The notes: generated by a model not told the origin, from the sequence alone. A DNA stretch of 10,174 nucleotides from Candidatus Thorarchaeota archaeon (GCA_029858305.1 JAOUFI010000080.1:1-10174); one strand, 5' to 3'; positions 1-8,300 are shown, counted from the first letter of the stretch. A program made the numbers and translations.

Positions 1-1
1 C

Positions 2-949
2 AACATAGGAACATGTTTCCTTGAGCTATTTGCAGGAATCGGAGCTACAACACCAGCAAAACGAACAGCATTGGCTCAAACTGTCATAAACATCACCGGA
101 GTTGCAATATTCTATCCAATCCTTGGTCCGTTCACAGATCTTGTTGAGATAACATCCGCAGATCTGACTCACCAAATAGCAAATGCGCATACAATCTTCA
201 ATGTCATCGTGAGTCTAATATTCATCCCACTCGTTGGGCTCATGGTCAAATTATGTGAAAGAATAATCCCCGATAAGGAAGGAGAAGTAATAGGAAAACA
301 CTTCTTTGATGATGAGATGCTACATATGCCTCAAGCTGCCCTTTTGGAATCAGAGCGTGAATTGATTCGAACAGGTGAGAAGACGATTGAGATGATCATA
401 CTCAGTAGGAATGCACTTCTTACACGGAATCTTGAAGATGCCAAAAAAGTGATGAAACTTGAGGATGAGGTCGATGAGAGTTGCCGTGATACTGAAGATT
501 TCATAGACAAGATTCGAGAAGAAGAACTCAATGAAGAGGATATTATATGGAGAATTAAAATGCTTGCAGTTCTTACAGATATCGAGCGTGTTGGTGATCT
601 TGCATCTAATATCGGAGAATTCGTGGATCAAAAACTGAAAACTGGTATTACCTTCTCAAAGGAGGGGATTAGAGACCTTAGGGAAATGTTTGATCTTGTT
701 GAAAAGACATATACAATAGCCATCAATTCACTCAAGACTAAGAGTAAAGAAGAAGCAAGAATTGCGGAGAAACTCGAAGACAAGATCGATATTCTTGAGA
801 GAAAACTCAAGGCATCTCACGCAATACGAGTGCAAGAGGGAATCTGCGACCCTCAAGCAGACCAAATATTCATCGAAACACTTCGCAATCTTGAGAGAAT
901 TGGTGACCATGCAGACAATATAGCCTATGATGTCATTATGGACACATGA
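2..949 (+). CDS. Na+/phosphate cotransporter family protein (NptA/YjbB-like) with two C-terminal PhoU domains; 5'-truncated by the window edge
   Basis: The frame is open from base 2 (NIGTCFLELFAGIGATTPAKRTALAQ...), so the TTG at 71 is not the real start. NIGT is the tail of the GANIGT Na/Pi cotransporter motif and IANAHTIFNV is typical of the family. Two PhoU-like repeats follow: DIERVGDLASNIGE (~578-620) and NLERIGDHADNIAY (~887-928). Stop TGA at 947-949. Confidence 0.92.
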   Translation, partial: NIGTCFLELFAGIGATTPAKRTALAQTVINITGVAIFYPILGPFTDLVEITSADLTHQIANAHTIFNVIVSLIFIPLVGLMVKLCERIIPDKEGEVIGKHFFDDEMLHMPQAALLESERELIRTGEKTIEMIILSRNALLTRNLEDAKKVMKLEDEVDESCRDTEDFIDKIREEELNEEDIIWRIKMLAVLTDIERVGDLASNIGEFVDQKLKTGITFSKEGIRDLREMFDLVEKTYTIAINSLKTKSKEEARIAEKLEDKIDILERKLKASHAIRVQEGICDPQADQIFIETLRNLERIGDHADNIAYDVIMDT

Positions 950-957
950 GTTTCTTA

Positions 958-2412
958 TTACTCTTCGTTGGTCTTATGATCATGCTTAGGACCCAGGGTT
1001 CCAGCTTTTGTCATCCGGCTTGGTGACAGAATAAAATCAAGCCAATCTTTATCCAAAAGACCTTCTTCAAGAACAATTTCACGAATCGGGCGTCCTGTTT
1101 CAAGTGCCTTTTTGGCAATGCGTGATGAAGCTTCATAACCAATGATCGGATTGAGCGCAGTGACCAGTCCAATGCTACGATGAACAACTTCTAGGCCGGA
1201 AGGATTCGGTCTTATTCCTTTGATACACTTCTCAGTAAGAATAGGGATAGCGTTTTTTAGAACTTTAAGAGCCTGAAAGAAATTGTAGGCTATAACCGGT
1301 TCGAAGGCATTCAATTCCAATTGACCGGCTTGCGATGCAATTGTAATCACAAGGTCATGCCCCATTACTTGGAACGCTACTTGCGTGACCATTTCAGGAA
1401 TGACTGGGTTTACCTTACCTGGCATTATTGAAGAACCCGGTTGGACTGGTGGTAATGTTATTTCATGAAATCCACCCACAGGTCCAGAAGACAATAGAAT
1501 CAGATCACCGCAGATTTTTCCTAAATTCATTGCACAGACTCTCAATAATCCCGAGGCGTGAGCAAACTCATCAGAGTTCTGAGTATCATCAATGAGATTA
1601 TCTGCAGTAGTAAGCTCTTCAATACCTGTCACCTCGATAAGGTGCTTCTCTGCAAGCTCAATATACTCTGGGTCAGCATTCAAGGAAGTACCAATGGCCG
1701 TTGCACCTATATTATGAGTCTTCAAAACTTGTTTTGCTGCAATAATTCGTTGAAGGTCTCTCCTAAGAGCGCAAGACCATGCTGAGAATTCTTGCCCTAA
1801 TGTAATAGGAACAGCATCTTGCATCTCTGTTCGACCCAGTTTGAGAATGTTTTCGAATTCTTTCGCTTTCTCATCTAAGGCTTCAATGAGTCTTGTCAGA
1901 TTAGCTGAAAGTTCTCTCAGTCCGTATATTGTAGCAATCTTGATAGCTGTCGGATATACATCATTAGTAGATTGAGAGAAATTAACGTGATCATGAGAAG
2001 AGATAGGGGTTAATGAATTTCGTACCTCACCAATCAACTCATTGGCTCGAGATGCAATCACCTCATTGACACACATATTGGTAGAAGTTCCAGCTCCACC
2101 CTGAAGCATGTCCACGATAAACTGGTCTAGTAGTTGGCCATCAATAATCTCATCACAGGCTTTCACGATAGCTTCACCATAATCTGGACTGAGATGACCA
2201 AGGTCCAGATTCGCCAAAGCACATGCTTTTTTCACCATGGCTAATGCTACTACTAAATTTGGATACTTGTAAAGACTGACCTGCGACACTCCAAAGTTTT
2301 CTTGCGCTCGTAGCGTTTGTATCCCCCAATACGCAGTCTTAGGTATCATTCGGGTTCCCAATAGGTCGCTCTCTTCTCGAAATTCAGCATTCTCTGTACT
2401 CACATCTATCAC
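958..2412 (-). CDS. aspA: Aspartate ammonia-lyase (aspartase; fumarase/aspartase superfamily)
   Basis: Signature GSSIMPGKVNP plus YWGIQTLRAQENF, QGGAGTSTNM, HVNFSQSTNDVYPTA, GRTEMQDAVP and GQLELNAFEPVI. GGAGTS and KVNPVIPE favour AspA over FumC. The start may instead be the GTG at 2403, which follows an archaeal-type GGTGA RBS by 5 nt. Confidence 0.9.
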   Translation of the reverse strand: MIDVSTENAEFREESDLLGTRMIPKTAYWGIQTLRAQENFGVSQVSLYKYPNLVVALAMVKKACALANLDLGHLSPDYGEAIVKACDEIIDGQLLDQFIVDMLQGGAGTSTNMCVNEVIASRANELIGEVRNSLTPISSHDHVNFSQSTNDVYPTAIKIATIYGLRELSANLTRLIEALDEKAKEFENILKLGRTEMQDAVPITLGQEFSAWSCALRRDLQRIIAAKQVLKTHNIGATAIGTSLNADPEYIELAEKHLIEVTGIEELTTADNLIDDTQNSDEFAHASGLLRVCAMNLGKICGDLILLSSGPVGGFHEITLPPVQPGSSIMPGKVNPVIPEMVTQVAFQVMGHDLVITIASQAGQLELNAFEPVIAYNFFQALKVLKNAIPILTEKCIKGIRPNPSGLEVVHRSIGLVTALNPIIGYEASSRIAKKALETGRPIREIVLEEGLLDKDWLDFILSPSRMTKAGTLGPKHDHKTNEE

Positions 2413-2419
2413 CTATCAT

Positions 2420-2436
2420 GCTGATTTTATATCACT
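2420..2436 (-). promoter_or_regulatory. Possible TATA-box-like element of an internal aspA promoter
   Basis: The minus strand reads TGATATAAAATCA, with TATAAAA at 2431-2425 about 25 nt upstream of the GTG at 2403. It is flanked by a short TGAT/ATCA inverted repeat. Confidence 0.3.
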
Positions 2437-2467
2437 GTCATGGTTGATTAATTTCTTGGTAAATGAA

Positions 2468-4054
2468 CTAGAAGCCAGCCGCTTGCCCATCCTTTCTGTA
2501 ATCGGATCCTGCAATCCAACAATCCTCAATCCGAAGAATTGCCTGGCCACCACCAAATCCTGATGCAGTTTCATGAACTAGCTTGTGACCCATTCGACTA
2601 AGTTCTCCTTGCACAGCCGGAGGGACACCATTCTCTAGAGCAACGAGGTTCTTGTCATGATTATGGTCGAATCTCGGGTGATCGAGAGCAGCTTGTGGTC
2701 CCATTTCATAATCTACAATATTACTTACAAACTGGGCATGAGCCTGGGCTTGATGAGAACCCCCCATAATTCCAAAGACTCCAACTAACTCGTGATGTTG
2801 ATAGAGCGCACCCGGGATAATGGTATGAAAGGGTAGTTTCTGAGGTTCGTAACAGTTGGGGTGTTCTGGATCTAAACTAAATAAACTACCTCTGTTTTGT
2901 AGCTTTATTCCAGTACCAGGAGCAACTAGACCACTTCCAAAACCCATATACAAACTGTTGATGAAGGAAACCGCACGACCATCACCGTCCGCTGTAGCAA
3001 GATAGACAGTGTCGCCTCCTACAGGCATTCCTGATACATAATCTGTCATAGCACGAGCCGAATTAATGAGTTTACATCGCTTCCTCGCATACACTTTCGA
3101 TAGAAGTAATGTTAGAGGTACATCATAAAACGAGGGATCTGCATTGTGTTGATGAAGATCTGCATACGCCAGTTTCTTTGCTTCTATCATTAGATGATAA
3201 TGTTCAGCAGTAAGTGGTGAGTTCTTAGAGAAATCAAACTGTTCCATGATATTGAGCATAATGAGGGCGGCAAATCCTTGGCCATTTGGTGGGTGCTCAA
3301 ATACGTCCATGCCACGATAATTCGTTGAAATAGCAGAAGTCTCAATGGTCTTATGTGACTCTAGATCCTCTAGGGTGAGAAATCCGCCATGCTCCTGTAC
3401 AGTCTTCACGACAGATTCAGCGATTCTCCCAGAGTAGAAGGCATTTAGGCCTTCAGTAGCGACATCTGAAAATGTCTTTCCTAAATCTTTATTCCGCATG
3501 ATTTCTCCCATTCTCGGAGCTCGACCATTAATCAAATAGATGCTCTTCGCGTAATCGTTTACAAGTGCGTCGACAAGGTGAGACCAAACCTGTGCAATAA
3601 GGGGAGAAACGGGAAAACCATTGCTTGCATAATGGATTGCAGGAGCTAGGACTTCACTCAGTTCGAGAGATCCATACTTTTCAATAACATGATGCCACAA
3701 GTGCATTGCGCCAGGAACCGTCACAGGGGCTCCTCCACGTATTGGCATCGACGTCCATTTCTTATCAAGTAGATTATCGATTATTGCCATTGAGCCGGAC
3801 CTACCAGATCCATTGATACTAATAGGTTGATGATTTCCAGGAAGGTGAATAAGGGCAAAGGCATCTCCACCACAACCAGTACTGAAAGGTTCAACGACAT
3901 CTAAAACAGCTGCAGTAGCTACAGCAGCATCAATGGCATTTCCCCCCTTTCGTATGATTTCGATTCCGGCTTGTGTTGCAAGAGGCTGTGAAGAAGCTAC
4001 CATTCCATGCATTGCTATTACATCAGATCGACCTGTTGGTCTTCGCCAGTACAT
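2468..4054 (-). CDS. ggt: Gamma-glutamyltransferase family Ntn-hydrolase, cytoplasmic YwrD/HpxW-like subgroup
   Basis: GMVASSQPLATQAG, GGNAIDAAVA, VVEPFSTGCGGDAF, VTVPGA and PPNGQG motifs. The autocleavage/nucleophile Thr is in GGD/TVYL (codon 3010-3008), followed by SFINSLYMGFGSG, PFHTIIP, GIMGG and C-terminal GSDYRKDG. No N-terminal hydrophobic signal peptide. Confidence 0.92.
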   Translation of the reverse strand: MYWRRPTGRSDVIAMHGMVASSQPLATQAGIEIIRKGGNAIDAAVATAAVLDVVEPFSTGCGGDAFALIHLPGNHQPISINGSGRSGSMAIIDNLLDKKWTSMPIRGGAPVTVPGAMHLWHHVIEKYGSLELSEVLAPAIHYASNGFPVSPLIAQVWSHLVDALVNDYAKSIYLINGRAPRMGEIMRNKDLGKTFSDVATEGLNAFYSGRIAESVVKTVQEHGGFLTLEDLESHKTIETSAISTNYRGMDVFEHPPNGQGFAALIMLNIMEQFDFSKNSPLTAEHYHLMIEAKKLAYADLHQHNADPSFYDVPLTLLLSKVYARKRCKLINSARAMTDYVSGMPVGGDTVYLATADGDGRAVSFINSLYMGFGSGLVAPGTGIKLQNRGSLFSLDPEHPNCYEPQKLPFHTIIPGALYQHHELVGVFGIMGGSHQAQAHAQFVSNIVDYEMGPQAALDHPRFDHNHDKNLVALENGVPPAVQGELSRMGHKLVHETASGFGGGQAILRIEDCWIAGSDYRKDGQAAGF

Positions 4055-4057
4055 TCC

Positions 4058-5443
4058 TTATTCCTCCGTTGGCAACCCTCGAGCCGTCCAACCCTTGAAT
4101 CCCTCTGAGGGAGCAAGAATATTAGTGATATCATTTCGACTTAATATACTCGCGGCTGTTGTGCTTCTGAATCCTGAGGGGCAAAGAGTCGCTATGGTCC
4201 TATCAAATTTCAAAGATGGCGCAGTATCCACTAATCGTGTGAGTGGCAAAGAGATTGAATCTTTAATGTGCTCTAGCTTATATTCATGGGATTCTCTCAC
4301 GTCAACGACTAACAATGTTCTATTATCAAGTTGAATCTTAAGGTCATCAATAGAAATCGTTTTGATAGAAGTCGTGGCACGACCACTCTCAATCCAACTG
4401 GTTATGCCATTCTCTAAGAAACCAACGACATTGTCAAAGCCTAACCGTACGAGATAACTCCAAGCTTCACCAAGGTATTCACGATTTCTTAGTATTAAGG
4501 AAATACTTTGACTTGGTTTCAATATCCATCCAGCAATAAGACCCATATTCGTAAGGCTCATGCTAATTGTTCGGGGTATTTGGCGATTCAAGAATTCAGT
4601 AGGCGATCGAGTGTCCAAGACCACATGGTTTGGATTTGATAATAAGGTCTCAAATGATGCCAAATCAAGCTCCTGTGGAGCAACACCAGCAGAGAGTACT
4701 GGTGGACCCTTTGTGTTAAGAAGCTCACAGTGCTTGAAATACGGAGCAAGGGTTAATTCTTGTTTTATCTTCGATTCTATAAAGTCATCCTCACTCATCT
4801 TCAACCAGACATTATTAGAACGCTCAAAGCCAATTGTTGAAAATTCTCTATCCCCTATTGCACCTCCACAAACTGACCCTGCACCATGTCCTGGATGAAT
4901 GATTACCCCATCCCCCAATTGAAGGATCTTCCCATGTAAGCTATCATAGAGTTTCTGTGACATCAAAGCATGCTTACTCATATCTACAAAATCTGTGCGC
5001 CCAACTTCATTTACGAAAAGTGTATCTCCAGTGAAAGCAACAATTGGCTCAGAAGCGTCTTCTCTGTCAGAGATGATATAGCACATGCTGTCGTTTGTAT
5101 GACCTGGAGTATTTAGGCAAGTAATATGCATCTTGCCGACCTTGAAGGTTTCTCCATCAGCAAGACTAAGCTCGCCATAATGAAAGTTTGTTGCATCGCT
5201 ATGGCCTATTTCTGCATTTGGTACCATGGATTGCAATTCAAGTGAGCCGATGACATAATCCTCATTTCTGTGAGTTTCAAAAATGTAAAGAATCTCCACA
5301 TCCTCACGAAGTGCAAGTTCATTATAGATTGAGGCATCTCTACGCGGATCAATTACTATCCCTTGCTGTTCAGAGCTCACAAAATAAGAGAGCGCTGAGA
5401 TTCCTTCAGATCTAATAGTTGTTATCCTCATCGGCGAGCTCAC
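4058..5443 (-). CDS. MBL-fold metallo-hydrolase fused to two rhodanese domains (persulfide dioxygenase/sulfurtransferase-like, CstB-type architecture)
   Basis: VIDPRRD, FETHRNEDY (variant of THxHxDH), TPGHT, FTGDTLFVNEVGRTD and HPGHGAGSVCGG. A middle rhodanese-like domain (VLDTRSPTEF) has no active-site Cys. The C-terminal rhodanese has VDVRESHEY, HI, the active loop CPSGFRS (Cys 4183-4181) and GFKGW. Start is GTG 5443 or the ATG four codons downstream. Confidence 0.88.
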   Translation of the reverse strand: MSSPMRITTIRSEGISALSYFVSSEQQGIVIDPRRDASIYNELALREDVEILYIFETHRNEDYVIGSLELQSMVPNAEIGHSDATNFHYGELSLADGETFKVGKMHITCLNTPGHTNDSMCYIISDREDASEPIVAFTGDTLFVNEVGRTDFVDMSKHALMSQKLYDSLHGKILQLGDGVIIHPGHGAGSVCGGAIGDREFSTIGFERSNNVWLKMSEDDFIESKIKQELTLAPYFKHCELLNTKGPPVLSAGVAPQELDLASFETLLSNPNHVVLDTRSPTEFLNRQIPRTISMSLTNMGLIAGWILKPSQSISLILRNREYLGEAWSYLVRLGFDNVVGFLENGITSWIESGRATTSIKTISIDDLKIQLDNRTLLVVDVRESHEYKLEHIKDSISLPLTRLVDTAPSLKFDRTIATLCPSGFRSTTAASILSRNDITNILAPSEGFKGWTARGLPTEE

Positions 5444-5468
5444 AGTAGCCTACTAGGTTTTATCTCTT

Positions 5469-5500
5469 TAGACAACGGTTTTTATACTCAATTTTGTCTA
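5469..5500. promoter_or_regulatory. 7-bp inverted repeat (TAGACAA-N18-TTGTCTA) enclosing a TATA-like element in the divergent intergenic region
   Basis: TAGACAA at 5469-5475 and TTGTCTA at 5494-5500. The spacer contains TTTTTATA (5479-5486), which is TATAAAAA on the minus strand, about 35-40 nt upstream of the MBL-rhodanese start. Confidence 0.4.
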
Positions 5501-5558
5501 TGGATTAAGGCCATAAAGATTAAACATAGAGCTACATGACATTAATGGGTGCATCGAC

Positions 5559-6038
5559 ATGGGAGAACGCAGTGAAGACATGAGTCTTAATACAGAGGGA
5601 GGTATCATTGTAGAAGCCTCTCTTGATATTCTCAGGGGAGCTGCTGAGAAAGTACTATTCGAGTTCAATGAAACCCATATCAAAGACAATGGCGAGAAGA
5701 AACCACTTATTGGTGCGATTGAAGTAGGAGACTCGATTCTCTTTGAAGAGGACATCAAACCGTGTCCGGCTCAGATAGTCGTTATCAAAATCGCTGAGAA
5801 ACTCTGGTATATCATCTCAACTAGCGAGGTGCCAAGAGGAGGATATCCCTCTGGAGTTGAAGCGATGCGGGCTACTCAAGCAGAAGAGAAAAAGATACGC
5901 ATGATTAGAGAATTCCTATCGAAGACCGCAGGGAAAGATAAGGTAAAGGATGTCAGAAACTGGCAACCTGATATGAGAGCAGAAGCTGCAGATGTCCTGA
6001 GTATCATCAATTCAGCAGCAAGAAAATGGAGACATTAA
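5559..6038 (+). CDS. Hypothetical soluble protein (159 aa)
   Basis: The ORF fills the gap between flanking genes, has protein-like composition and has GGGTG about 7 nt upstream of the ATG. Alternative ATG at 5580. I recognise no motif. Confidence 0.8.
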   Translation: MGERSEDMSLNTEGGIIVEASLDILRGAAEKVLFEFNETHIKDNGEKKPLIGAIEVGDSILFEEDIKPCPAQIVVIKIAEKLWYIISTSEVPRGGYPSGVEAMRATQAEEKKIRMIREFLSKTAGKDKVKDVRNWQPDMRAEAADVLSIINSAARKWRH

Positions 6039-6098
6039 TTCACTTTCTGCGTCAGTTTTATTAGAGAATTGAAGAAGGCTCAACACGGAGTCTTCACG

Positions 6099-6665
6099 AT
6101 GAAGAAAGCACGTCAATCTCTTAATTGGAGTAAGCAGCCTGAATTAGTGAAGACTGTTTTCATAATTCTGATAATCATAGGTGCAACACTGGGTGCATTT
6201 GGTGCCTTCACAATAGCTATGGGGACATCAAGCCCTCTCGTTGTAGTTGAGAGTGAATCAATGATTCCAAATTTGAATGTTGGCGATTTATTGGTTCTTC
6301 AGGCACATGCTCCAGAGGACATCATAGAGGGGAATATTATCGTATACACAGCAGATTGGCATGATAAACCAATAGTACATCGAGTTGTTGAACGTCAACT
6401 AGTTGGAAGTGAATATCACTATTATACGAAAGGCGATAACAATTCAGCACGGGATCCAGGCTATCGAATCTATGAGGACATCGTCGGTGTTGTGGTTTTG
6501 GCAATTCCATACCTTGGTTATATTACGCTTTTCCTTCACCAGCCTTATGGACTTGCAATTGTTGTTGTGATTTTTATTGCTCTCTTGATACTACCAGAAT
6601 TTCTATTCAAAGAAAAGAAAGATGAAAACAAAATGCCTTCTGAAGAACAGGCATCTACTGTCTAG
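6099..6665 (+). CDS. Signal peptidase I, archaeal/ER (Sec11/SipW) type
   Basis: N-terminal TM helix, catalytic Ser box VVVESESMIPNLNVGDL, His general base in PIVHRV, YYTKGDNNSARD box, then IPYLGY and a C-terminal TM segment. The ATG at 6099, preceded by GGAG (6087-6090), is preferred over the TTG at 6069. Confidence 0.93.
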   Translation: MKKARQSLNWSKQPELVKTVFIILIIIGATLGAFGAFTIAMGTSSPLVVVESESMIPNLNVGDLLVLQAHAPEDIIEGNIIVYTADWHDKPIVHRVVERQLVGSEYHYYTKGDNNSARDPGYRIYEDIVGVVVLAIPYLGYITLFLHQPYGLAIVVVIFIALLILPEFLFKEKKDENKMPSEEQASTV

Positions 6666-6731
6666 AAGAGAGGATATCAGATCAAATAGACATGGTATTC
6701 ACTTCACGTTCTTTGCGAATTGAATTAATTG

Positions 6732-8300
6732 TCACTCATTAAATAATGAGTCCACATAGCCTCTGAAGGATTCACCAAATCCATGAGGTAGCTTACCCTC
6801 AGTGGTATCCTGTACAAGAGAAGTTGCTGTGTCAATATCCATCCGTAGGACAAACAAGCTTGAACCAATCTCTTGTGTCAAAGAGTCAAACTTGACTCCT
6901 TTTGTCGCAGAAGGAACTGCTAGAATTGCAGAACTTATGGTATTATCATCGAGTAGACCCTTTAGCCGTTTTCCCGCATAGAAAGCGCCAACTCCTCCAC
7001 TTCGATCCCAGTCTTTGATGTTTGGTACATCAATCCCAACCCGACGAGTTAGTTCGCCCCTTGATAATTCAACAACTGCTGACTTTTGCTTCTGGCTTTC
7101 TTCAGAAGCCATGAGAAGATTAATTGTGATGCCTAATGGTTCTCCTGCAAGAATTAAGGCTTCAACAATTGAGCTAGTGACTACTGTAGATGTAAGTTTA
7201 ATCACATAGTCATCTTGCTCAGCCACTTCCTGAACAGGCATATCGAACAATATCGTATCTAACTTGGGAATGAGATGTTTGATGGCTTCCCTTGGATTAC
7301 CATTTGAATGCTCAAAGGCCTCATCAATATCACTATCTTCGAATGGGAATAAAGGAGAAGGCGGAGGTTCAATGTTCTGTTGCTGCCAATATCGCGCCAT
7401 GCTCTCAGTGACAAAAGCTGAGATATCATTTCGAGCAAAGGGAGCTAGTTCTACAGGTGATTCCATCCGAGAGCGCATGGGTCCATCTGCTAAATTATAG
7501 ATACGATCCCAAATGTCTGTCAAGCATGACGTAACAATCACGATGTTTTTCGATTCGTTGTAGATTCGCTTTAGAACCTCGAGGAAATGACGTTCGCCAG
7601 TTTCACCATATGTGTTGTAGGGACCTTCCATCTCATCCACAAATAAGAGAATTGGCACCTCAGAACCTTCAGCCAATAGTTTGATTGTTGCCATCGTGAC
7701 ATCGTCTTCCTCAAGGATGGAACGCACACCGAGACGATCAATTTCCTCATCGCTCAATGCATCTCCGAGCAACCATCGTCTTGCTAAGTCGCGTGTTGCG
7801 GGATCAAGTCGATATCTAAGTAGCACTTTAACTACATCTGCGGAAATACCAGGATAATCAACTAGTAATCGCTCCAAGGCATAGGTATAATCATAGATTT
7901 CGTGAGTGACTCCCTTCAATCCGCCAAATTTCATAATCAGCATATCAACAGCTTGTTCAAACAGCCTGTCCCCAGCTTCATCAACAATGCAGGCGTGCAG
8001 GTGAAGAGGAACTCGTACTGGCGATGGAGGGGATGGAACATACACAGCAAGAAAACGTCCAGCTGCAAAGTACTCCTCCTGATCCTTTAGCACCCAATAC
8101 ATGTGCGTTTTGCCAATTCCAGCAGTTCCCAGAATAGGTTGGAACCTGGGGAGGGAATCTTTCATTGTGAATCGTACAACTCGAAATATCGCGCGATCCG
8201 CATCTTTGTGCGGATTAGGTATATCAACATCATCCCTCGTATCGCCTCTGGAAACATATCTTCGGAGAGGGGGATCCTCACGAAGGATATCAAAATACAT
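6732..8300 (-). CDS. Uncharacterised P-loop ATPase (AAA+-like) with an additional C-terminal alpha/beta domain
   Basis: Walker A GTAGIGKT (8129-8106), Walker B LLFVDEME (~7650-7627), sensor-1-like IVIVTSC, arginine-finger-like MRSRM and sensor-2-like SNGNPREAI. Much of the 99-codon N-terminal extension of the listed 621-aa ORF is antisense to the PAS gene or spans the promoter region. The first ATG after that is 8300; a start at ATT 8342 behind AGGAGG is possible. Confidence 0.85.
   Translation of the reverse strand: MYFDILREDPPLRRYVSRGDTRDDVDIPNPHKDADRAIFRVVRFTMKDSLPRFQPILGTAGIGKTHMYWVLKDQEEYFAAGRFLAVYVPSPPSPVRVPLHLHACIVDEAGDRLFEQAVDMLIMKFGGLKGVTHEIYDYTYALERLLVDYPGISADVVKVLLRYRLDPATRDLARRWLLGDALSDEEIDRLGVRSILEEDDVTMATIKLLAEGSEVPILLFVDEMEGPYNTYGETGERHFLEVLKRIYNESKNIVIVTSCLTDIWDRIYNLADGPMRSRMESPVELAPFARNDISAFVTESMARYWQQQNIEPPPSPLFPFEDSDIDEAFEHSNGNPREAIKHLIPKLDTILFDMPVQEVAEQDDYVIKLTSTVVTSSIVEALILAGEPLGITINLLMASEESQKQKSAVVELSRGELTRRVGIDVPNIKDWDRSGGVGAFYAGKRLKGLLDDNTISSAILAVPSATKGVKFDSLTQEIGSSLFVLRMDIDTATSLVQDTTEGKLPHGFGESFRGYVDSLFNE

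Noticed and set aside
331-910. Four short minus-strand ORFs (331-531, 350-631, 628-810, 728-910)
   Set aside because: They lie entirely antisense to the Na/Pi cotransporter gene and carry no motifs; shadow ORFs.
578-928. Internal repeat ERVGD/ERIGD
   Set aside because: Explained by the well-known tandem PhoU domains.
2468-2470. TAG/TGA stops (ggt, signal peptidase, Na/Pi transporter, ATPase) as pyrrolysine or selenocysteine recoding sites
   Set aside because: The recognisable proteins end where their families normally end (e.g. DGQAAGF), readthrough would run into neighbouring genes or intergenic DNA, and I saw no SECIS-like hairpin.
3933-4898. Plus-strand ORFs 3933-4334 and 4560-4898 (also 1558-1785)
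   Set aside because: Antisense to ggt, the MBL-rhodanese gene or aspA, with no recognisable motifs.
5498-5758. 86-aa minus-strand ORF
   Set aside because: Ser-rich antisense shadow of the 159-aa gene.
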